A stretch of DNA of 64,000 nt. Source: an uncultured Bacteroidota bacterium (GTDB lineage: Bacteria; Bacteroidota; Ignavibacteria; UBA10030; UBA6906). Of the stretch, positions 57,246-64,000 are shown piece after piece. The first letter of the stretch is position 1, and the number at the start of each line of letters is the position of its first letter. Made by a program: the position numbers and the translations under genes. Where the stretch lies: the NCBI GenBank assembly GCA_963700635.1, contig CAVOYH010000004.1:864001-928000 (forward strand), in the 5' to 3' direction. The notes under the pieces were generated by a model. That model saw only the letters and a list, made by a program, of their open reading frames with translations. It was not told the DNA's origin and did no database searches.

Positions 57246-59723
57246 CTATTTCAAGAGAAGAAGCTTTCGGGTCTGGGCAAAAGGCCCTGCCGTCATTCTG
57301 AAGAAGTAGATTCCGCTGGCAAAATTGGATCCGTCAAACTCGACTTCGTAGTTCCCCGGAGATTCCACCCGGTTTGTTAGGAGTGCGACTTCCCTTCCCA
57401 GCAGATCATACACAGCCAGCCTGACATGATCCTCGCCCCCCGACTCACCCATCACGGACCCAACGGCATACCGTATCCTCGTCCTGGGATTAAATGGGTT
57501 CGGGTAGTTTTGTTCGAGGGCGTATTCCAATGGTGTCGGTTCCTCTCTTTCGACCGGCACAAGTGCATCCGTAGGCCAGTTCATTACGTATCTTGCATCA
57601 CCACCGAGACCCAGTTTTGCACCGCCGGGAAGCAACAATCCTGAAAATGCCGGGCCCCTCTTCTGCGCATTCATCGGGAAGCTATCCTGGGAAACATAAT
57701 AAAGATAAATCCTCGTTTCTCCCGGAGGTACCGTGACGTTTCTCCACTCCCAGTAGAGCTGATTCTGAACAAGCGACACGGAGTCGACCCTATGGGCGCC
57801 GCCCACACCGTCGAAGATATGAACCAGATTCGGCTGCATGCCTGATGGAGCACTATCGTCGGTCCAGATCCACCGGTCGTCCGGGGTAAAAAGCGAATCA
57901 CCGCTTGACGTCGCGATCACCACAGGCGGATTGGCCCCCAGGTCGGACAATACAGAGACCTTTACCGTAATCGGGGCTGTCGTGGGATTCGTGAGAATAT
58001 CCTGGATACGCATGTAGCCGAGCGTGTCACCCTGGGCTGCAGTGGGAACGAAAAACTTGCGGACAACCGACAGTCCGGTGATCTCCTGCGGTCCAAAAAG
58101 GAACTGCCGGCTGTCTAGATCGGTCGCCGTATAGTCAGGATTGGCCGTAAACCATGTATCGTCGATTTTCAACATATACCCATTGGCGTAAGCGTAATTC
58201 ATGCCGGTGCAGAGTTGCACCGCCGTGCCGACCGCAGCGGGATCATAGAACATATCATGGATGTCCGCGAGCCCTTTGAACCCGCCCCAATAGTATTCAT
58301 ATGTTGCCTCGTTGGGACTGACGCGAAAATAGTAGGTGCCGGAGGCCGGAAATCTGTAGTTCTGATAATAGCTTGGGAACGTCTTGGTGAGCTCTTCGGT
58401 GGCGGAATGCAACGACAGCAGTCCGCTACCACACCCAACTCCCTGAAGTGAGTAGGGAAAGAAGCCAATCTCGCCGCTCTCGGCTGTGTACGCGTAATAG
58501 TCCGTATCCGGAGCCACAACGCCGGCGTCCAGACCTGGAAAGAGCGTCGCGAGGCCGGTTTCGCCCCACGGGCGTGGTGTGGCCTGTGCCAGCGTATTGT
58601 TCGGCTCGTATTGATCCTTAGAGAATCTTGACCCCATAAAATTTGTCCGGAGTGTGTACGATCCTCCTGCCCCGCTACGATTGACGACGCGGAGATAGTG
58701 GTAGCCGGGAGCGGACACGGCAGTATAGAAACGAGGGTAACCGCTATCATATGTTGTGATTTGCTGGATGGAATCACGTCCATAGAAACTGATGCTCAGG
58801 TCTCCGGACTCGCCTGAATTCTTCGCGGCACTTTCAATTCTCAGGAGGTCCCCCGGCCATGTCCAGACCTTGTAGCAGTCCGTATCAGCGGGAGCAATTG
58901 TCGCCTCAAGGACCCAGTTTTCAAAGTTCAACGGGGTTGCGTTTGCAAAGAAACCATTCGGTTCATGCTCGTTCATGAAGGCCATGGGCCATTCCACCTG
59001 GATGAGACAATGTTGCGCGCTGAAGGTGCCATCTAATCCACCCGACAATGCGCGGTTCCACGCAACGGTGTCGCGGATGTCCTCGAAATGATACACTGCG
59101 ACAAGACCCGGCTCGTTCCCCTTTGCCTCGTGATTCCACAGGCCCGAGATCTCGGACTCCGAGCGGATGCCAGACCAGATTCTGACTTCATCACACGCAC
59201 CCACAAGCTCATCCCCCAGGGCGCTCTTTCCGATCCGCAGGGCTGTTGCGTTGTTTTCGAAACGTACGATGGCCCCGGTGTGGACGTCTGTCAACACGCC
59301 ATTCTTGTAGAAGAGAACGTGATCTGCCACGGTGTCGATGCTCACGGCGAGATGGGTCCACGTGAGGTTGTCCGAAGCGATCCGGGGTCCGTAGAACGTC
59401 CCCCCCGCCATCACGGCCACATCAACACTGTCAGTTCGCCCCGAAATTGGGGAGACACCGACGGAAAAACCGGTAGTGTAATCCTTGTCCACTGCTGCCC
59501 CATAGGATCCCGACTGCGGCCCCGGCCTAAGCCAGAGTTCAATTGTCAGCTGCGGTGTAAGATCAAGCGGGGCGGCATGCGGAACAACGACGGAGCCGTT
59601 CGTTGCATCTAGTACAGCGTTCTGATTGACCTGGGCGGAGAGCGGAGAAGCGAGTAGAGTGAATAAGAACAGCACAAGCAGTATGCTCGACCCCCGAGGG
59701 GTGCGCACCGTGGATGAGCACAT
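57246..59723 (-). CDS. T9SS-sorted protein with LamG-like and PPC-like domains
   Basis: Signal peptide; TIELW, WTHLA, DEVRIWS (LamG); EHEPN / YEPNNT...DTDYY (PPC-like); LEQNYPNPFNP...SGIYFFRM...KLLLLK. Confidence 0.85.
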   Translation of the reverse strand: MCSSTVRTPRGSSILLVLFLFTLLASPLSAQVNQNAVLDATNGSVVVPHAAPLDLTPQLTIELWLRPGPQSGSYGAAVDKDYTTGFSVGVSPISGRTDSVDVAVMAGGTFYGPRIASDNLTWTHLAVSIDTVADHVLFYKNGVLTDVHTGAIVRFENNATALRIGKSALGDELVGACDEVRIWSGIRSESEISGLWNHEAKGNEPGLVAVYHFEDIRDTVAWNRALSGGLDGTFSAQHCLIQVEWPMAFMNEHEPNGFFANATPLNFENWVLEATIAPADTDCYKVWTWPGDLLRIESAAKNSGESGDLSISFYGRDSIQQITTYDSGYPRFYTAVSAPGYHYLRVVNRSGAGGSYTLRTNFMGSRFSKDQYEPNNTLAQATPRPWGETGLATLFPGLDAGVVAPDTDYYAYTAESGEIGFFPYSLQGVGCGSGLLSLHSATEELTKTFPSYYQNYRFPASGTYYFRVSPNEATYEYYWGGFKGLADIHDMFYDPAAVGTAVQLCTGMNYAYANGYMLKIDDTWFTANPDYTATDLDSRQFLFGPQEITGLSVVRKFFVPTAAQGDTLGYMRIQDILTNPTTAPITVKVSVLSDLGANPPVVIATSSGDSLFTPDDRWIWTDDSAPSGMQPNLVHIFDGVGGAHRVDSVSLVQNQLYWEWRNVTVPPGETRIYLYYVSQDSFPMNAQKRGPAFSGLLLPGGAKLGLGGDARYVMNWPTDALVPVEREEPTPLEYALEQNYPNPFNPRTRIRYAVGSVMGESGGEDHVRLAVYDLLGREVALLTNRVESPGNYEVEFDGSNFASGIYFFRMTAGPFAQTRKLLLLK

Positions 59724-59924
59724 TGGGCCTCCTGCGGGATGAGAAGGGTGCGGGCAGCGGAATTGTCAGGATCTGCCCTAAAATTACGGAGACAGAGAGC
59801 GAATCCGCAATCCCCTGAACACGGTATTCTTGGAGGGACGTCAAATCCCGAAGCTGCTGAGTTCGGGTTCCCTCCGTATCACGGGGCCACCCGGCGAGAT
59901 CGAGCTTGTTTTGGAAGGGGACAA

Positions 59925-60590
59925 CTACGACACAAGTGTGTTCAAATACTCCACGGCTTCATGGGGGTTGGGTGATGTAAAATCGGCGCCAATCCGGCCA
60001 CCAAAATCACGCGTGATGGGAGCGCCGCCCACCAGTACTTTTATCTCAGGAAATGCCGCCTTGATGTCGCGGACGCTTTTTTCCATGCTGGGCATGGTTA
60101 TCGTAAGCAAGGCAGAAAGCCCCACGAAGCAACCGGGATGCTGTTCCAGGGCGGTCAGGAATTTGCTGGTCGGCACATCCACGCCGAGATCGATCACTTC
60201 AAATCCACCTCCGGTGGCAATCATGGACACAAGGTTTTTTCCAATGTCATGCAGATCGCCGGACACGGTTCCGATCACGAATTTCCCTTTCCGCTTCACC
60301 TCGCCGGATTCCAGAAATGGCTTGATATGTTTCAGGACGGCATTCATCGCTGCGGCGGAGATCACCAGATTTGTCACAGCTGCCTTCTTCTCACTGAACT
60401 CCTTTCCGATTCTGTCCATCCCCCGCATACATCCCTCCAGGAGGACGGTCGGCTTAATGCCATTTTTGAGTGCATCCGCTGCGACCTCGTCAGCGCCGTC
60501 CTGGTCCTTCATATCAGGCGGATACGGAGCCGATCTGTACACTTTCCCCCGGGCAATGCACATGGCGATTCGTTCTACATACTCTTCCAT
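59925..60590 (-). CDS. Corrinoid (B12-binding) protein of a methyltransferase system
   Basis: Cap domain plus GTV.GDLHDIGKNLV, DLGVDV, LSALLT, VGGAP. Confidence 0.92.
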   Translation of the reverse strand: MEEYVERIAMCIARGKVYRSAPYPPDMKDQDGADEVAADALKNGIKPTVLLEGCMRGMDRIGKEFSEKKAAVTNLVISAAAMNAVLKHIKPFLESGEVKRKGKFVIGTVSGDLHDIGKNLVSMIATGGGFEVIDLGVDVPTSKFLTALEQHPGCFVGLSALLTITMPSMEKSVRDIKAAFPEIKVLVGGAPITRDFGGRIGADFTSPNPHEAVEYLNTLVS

Positions 60591-60601
60591 GATTCCTCTG
60601 C

Positions 60602-61498
60602 TTAGTGTGCTACGTGGAGACCCGCTTCTTTTACAAGTATTGGAGTAACACTTTCCCACAACGACGGCATGATATGAACACCACGCACACCACGGATATT
60701 CTTCAGCGCCCGGAGCATCTCGACGGCGATGGCAATCCCCTCTTCTTGTGGATCGCGCGCCTGGCCGAGCCGGGTGAAGTACTCCTCAGGTATCCTCACA
60801 CCGGGGAGTTTCTCTTTCATCCAGTGTAACGTCTTCACCGACCGTACAGGCATTACGCCGGGAAGGATTGCCGCCTGTTCATGCAGACCCATCTCGACCA
60901 CGCGATCCATCCAGCGTGTAAAAACTCCCAGGTCGAATACCGCCTGTGTCTGAATAAAACGCGCACCGGCTACAATCTTCTTGCGCAAACGAATTAACCG
61001 CATTTCAAACGGCTCTGCGAATGGATTTGCCGCCCCGCCGATGAGAAAATCAGGCGCTTTTTTCATCTCGGTCCCGGAGAGCAAGAACCCGCTGTTCATG
61101 GTGGCCACGGTGGCGATGAGCTGAATGGAATCAAGATCAAACACGCCTCTGGCTTCGGGCTGGTCGCCGAATGTCTGATGGTCTCCCGTCAGGCAAAGCA
61201 GGTTCCGGATGCCCAGTGCGGCAGCGCCAAGAAGATCACTTTGAATTGCGAGTCTGTTCCGATCCCGGCATGTCATCTGGATGATCGGTTCAATACCCTC
61301 ATCCAGGAGTATCCTTGCAGAGGAAATGCTCGACAGCCGAACGACGGCGCGCTGGTTGTCGGTAATATTCACCGCATCGACAAAACCCTTAAAATGCCTG
61401 GATCGTTCTCTGATGACATTACCATCACAGCTTTGTGGCGGGGCTATTTCTCCGCACACAACAAACTGATTGGATTCAAGCTTTTCCTGCAGCGTCAT
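60602..61498 (-). CDS. metF: Methylenetetrahydrofolate reductase
   Basis: EIAPP, VNITDN, QMTCRDRNR, LTGD, GARFIQTQ. Confidence 0.92.
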   Translation of the reverse strand: MTLQEKLESNQFVVCGEIAPPQSCDGNVIRERSRHFKGFVDAVNITDNQRAVVRLSSISSARILLDEGIEPIIQMTCRDRNRLAIQSDLLGAAALGIRNLLCLTGDHQTFGDQPEARGVFDLDSIQLIATVATMNSGFLLSGTEMKKAPDFLIGGAANPFAEPFEMRLIRLRKKIVAGARFIQTQAVFDLGVFTRWMDRVVEMGLHEQAAILPGVMPVRSVKTLHWMKEKLPGVRIPEEYFTRLGQARDPQEEGIAIAVEMLRALKNIRGVRGVHIMPSLWESVTPILVKEAGLHVAH

Positions 61499-61997
61499 CA
61501 GCGATAATGTCCTTTACCTTTTGCTTGTCATTACGATGGACCAGAAGTGATCCCTGAATCCGCCCCCTGAAAAGATTCAGCCAGGAGGATGTTTTTTCGA
61601 GATTCCAGTTGTGGATGCTGTTTATCTTGTAGAGCAGGCTGACGCGATGTAACAGTCGTGACCGATAATATATCCTGTACCACACGCACTTCCGGTCGGG
61701 AAACACTTCACACGATCCATTCTCCCCGGTTCCCCCGCACGGTCCGTTACGCAGCCGTTTTGGACAATTCTGGGAGCAAATAAATGCAGTCGAGGACAAC
61801 TGGCATTCACCGCACCGCTGACAATGAAACAGGGGCACCTTTACGATATCTTCCAGAAAGAGGAGAACGTGCGACAACTTCCGCTCGCGTGCTGAAATGG
61901 GGCGAATATTCCACGTTACCAGATTCTTCAGCAACGGGGTCATCCTGGACCCCGTCGGTTCACCGTGGATGCTTCGTTTCCCGTCAGGTAGAGCCAT
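61476..61997 (-). CDS. metV: MetV-like Fe-S/Zn small subunit of MTHFR
   Basis: CQRCGEC...IC...CPK.LRNGPCGG...CEV...CVW; overlaps metF. Confidence 0.85.
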   Translation of the reverse strand: MALPDGKRSIHGEPTGSRMTPLLKNLVTWNIRPISARERKLSHVLLFLEDIVKVPLFHCQRCGECQLSSTAFICSQNCPKRLRNGPCGGTGENGSCEVFPDRKCVWYRIYYRSRLLHRVSLLYKINSIHNWNLEKTSSWLNLFRGRIQGSLLVHRNDKQKVKDIIADDAAGKA

Positions 61998-62054
61998 TGT
62001 TTAATCCATGCGATTTGATTCAAACAGCAGGCGTCACGGAGATTGCCCGACCCG

Positions 62055-62927
62055 TCAGGAGAGATACAACATCACCCTCATGACAGCTTCGACACCTTCC
62101 AGCTTTAGCACATCCTGCAGGCACTCCATTGCGGGATGCTCGTTCGGCAACAGTGAATAGTGTCGCTTTGTAGAACCGATGATCATGTTTAATCCCATCG
62201 GCATTGCCATGGTCAGATACGCACTCTCGAGAGGGCCCTTTACTGGAGATCCGTCCCCCCTTTTGGAAGGCAGCATGGCCGTGAAGTTGCTCAAACCCAC
62301 TGACATATTCACACCGGCCAGGTCCGTGTCCTGATGAATCAGCGCCATCGCATCCACGAGACGTCTGAAATCACCTTTTGAATCGCTGCCGATGGGCATG
62401 ATGCCGGGGTCAAGAATGATCTGCGTGTTCGCTATACGCGGTATACGTTTGCGCGAGATGTTCACCATAGACTTCGCGGTGGCATGGATCTGGTCGGCTG
62501 TTCTGTTCAGCATCATCTCACCGGAATTGTTCATCCCCTCGGTGATAAGCAACACGGGCATGAATGGGTGCTTCGAATACAGGTCGAACATTTCCAGGCG
62601 CGCCTCGGAGATGGAATTCAGAATCGGCACCTGATTCCCGGCACGCCCGGCGTCATATGCTTCCAATCCCGCAGCCGCAATAGCCGCATCGGGAGTGTCT
62701 ATGGAGAGTGGGAACGATATATGCTCCTGAATTTTTCGGACAACTGTCGCCATAAACTCCGGAGACCGGGGTCCGACGTTTACATCAATATACGTCGCTC
62801 CGTTGGCTGCTTGCTGCCTGGCCAATTCAACGATGCCGTCAAGGTTACCCTCTTCGAACAAGGCGTGCGTAGAAGGGACGGAGTCATTAATCGATTCGCC
62901 GATGATCGTAAGACCGTGAATACTCAT
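62055..62927 (-). CDS. Pterin-binding methyl-THF:corrinoid methyltransferase (MT2/AcsE-like)
   Basis: IIGESIN, GATYIDVNVG, PLSIDT, ILNSI, ILDP, GLSN. Confidence 0.88.
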   Translation of the reverse strand: MSIHGLTIIGESINDSVPSTHALFEEGNLDGIVELARQQAANGATYIDVNVGPRSPEFMATVVRKIQEHISFPLSIDTPDAAIAAAGLEAYDAGRAGNQVPILNSISEARLEMFDLYSKHPFMPVLLITEGMNNSGEMMLNRTADQIHATAKSMVNISRKRIPRIANTQIILDPGIMPIGSDSKGDFRRLVDAMALIHQDTDLAGVNMSVGLSNFTAMLPSKRGDGSPVKGPLESAYLTMAMPMGLNMIIGSTKRHYSLLPNEHPAMECLQDVLKLEGVEAVMRVMLYLS

Positions 62928-63118
62928 GCACTTGCCTCGTATAGGTCGTACCGGGGAAAAGCTACAGATGGAATCACAGATGTTTCCCGTTGGAGCATCG
63001 GGTTCGGTGAGACAGGGCTATGAACGGTTCAGAGGGTACCCACTCGCGCAGGAGCGTTTTCTTCACAATCGCATGTCACCGGGTCTGCAAATAGCGGAGC
63101 CATCATCTGAGTAGATGC

Positions 63119-63147
63119 AAGATAAGCCGGAAAAGAACCATTCGCAA
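63119..63147 (-). promoter_or_regulatory. sigma70-type promoter for the MT2-metV-metF-corrinoid genes
   Basis: TTGCGA-17 nt-TATCTT, about 190 nt upstream of the ATG at 62927. Confidence 0.45.
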
Positions 63148-63232
63148 GACGAGTTATTGTATGATCCTGGCGGGATTGCCTTGCGGGATGGACTATTACA
63201 ATGAACTGGGGGCACCGTGCATGTGCGGTGGT

Positions 63233-64000
63233 TCAGAGTGTTGCCGAAAGCTCCTGGGCAAACCTGACCATTGCCGGGTCCGCGTCGTACGGCAGAACGC
63301 CGCTTCCGAAAACCGTCGCAGGCCGTCCCCCGGCAAGTTTCGCCAGGTACTCCAGCTCCGCCCGAAGAGCATCCCGGTCGTCCGAGGCAAACAATCTCGC
63401 AGGTGTATTTAATCGTACCGTGACCGACGGGTGCTTCTTCATGACCTCCATAAATTCCTCACGATCAGTTTCCGCGGGACAGATCACATATTCTGTTCCT
63501 GTCCGGAGGAGGTCATCCAGGATGCCTGCAGTGTCGCCGCCGAGGATCAAGGGGGGTGATTCGTTCGTGAGACTTCGGACGCCAGCGATCATCTCCTGAA
63601 GTGCAGGAAAGACCACACCGGTGAACGAGTCCGCGGCAATGATGGGTGGAGAAGCCGCAGAGTCAAAGAACATGACGCGAAAGCCTCTGGATGCGAACGT
63701 GCGGCACACCTCAATCTGCCCCGCCGCCAGATGTCGTAATGCCGCAGCAACTGTATCCGGATTGGTCAGCACCTCTGTCAGAATGCCCTGAAAACCCACC
63801 AGCGCGCAGGCGATTGAAAATGGGCCACTCAGAGGAATTCGCACCTCGGCCCCCGGGCATGCTTCTTTTAATCGTTCCGCCGCCTCCATGATCATTGGAA
63901 ACCGGCCGCTGCGTGCTGCGTCCGGCCAGACGAGCTTGCAGAGATCTCCCGCGCCCGTACACAGAGGTCCGACCAATGATGGGACTTCATTTCCACGGGT
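63233..64000 (-). CDS. Uroporphyrinogen-decarboxylase-family (MtaA/CmuA-like) methyltransferase, 5'-partial
   Basis: Frame open to the window end; GRFP...EA, GPFSIA, DSAASP, GSGVLP. Confidence 0.75.
   Translation of the reverse strand, partial: TRGNEVPSLVGPLCTGAGDLCKLVWPDAARSGRFPMIMEAAERLKEACPGAEVRIPLSGPFSIACALVGFQGILTEVLTNPDTVAAALRHLAAGQIEVCRTFASRGFRVMFFDSAASPPIIAADSFTGVVFPALQEMIAGVRSLTNESPPLILGGDTAGILDDLLRTGTEYVICPAETDREEFMEVMKKHPSVTVRLNTPARLFASDDRDALRAELEYLAKLAGGRPATVFGSGVLPYDADPAMVRFAQELSATL

Noticed and set aside
59925-59927. TAG of the corrinoid protein as pyrrolysine
   Set aside because: It falls at the natural end of the B12-binding domain; no MttB/MtbB/MtmB or pyl genes are visible.
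1-64000. CRISPR arrays, IS elements, prophage, rRNA or tRNA genes
   Set aside because: No regularly spaced repeats, transposase/integrase/phage ORFs, or rRNA/tRNA signatures were seen on manual reading.

Overview
Gene-dense bacterial chromosomal segment with moderately high GC. It most likely comes from an Ignavibacteria/Chlorobi-type member of the FCB group. This is inferred from three proteins with QN(F/Y)PNPFNP-type T9SS C-terminal sorting domains, Shine-Dalgarno sites, canonical TTGACA-17-TAnnnT promoters and a tmRNA with tag ADYNYALAA. Housekeeping content: biotin carboxylase/BCCP, FadL, purL, DAGK-like kinase, dapF, ssrA, LOG, YgfZ, SpoIID, cysE, crcB and a NatAB-like ABC transporter. 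Carbohydrate genes: GH3, GH127, GH97, GH76-like and a ROK kinase. There is also an ECF sigma/FecR/TonB-receptor module and several output-less two-component proteins. The right end holds a corrinoid methyl-transfer cluster (URO-D-family methyltransferase, pterin-binding methyltransferase, MetV, MetF, corrinoid protein). The most striking element is an eight-CxxCH c-type cytochrome with a Sec signal and a T9SS sorting domain, i.e. a candidate T9SS-exported extracellular multiheme cytochrome, next to a small outer-membrane beta-barrel gene. Four otherwise intact genes carry five +1 frameshifts, probably sequencing errors. No CRISPR array, integrase or transposase was seen. All calls come from motif reading; no database searches were run.
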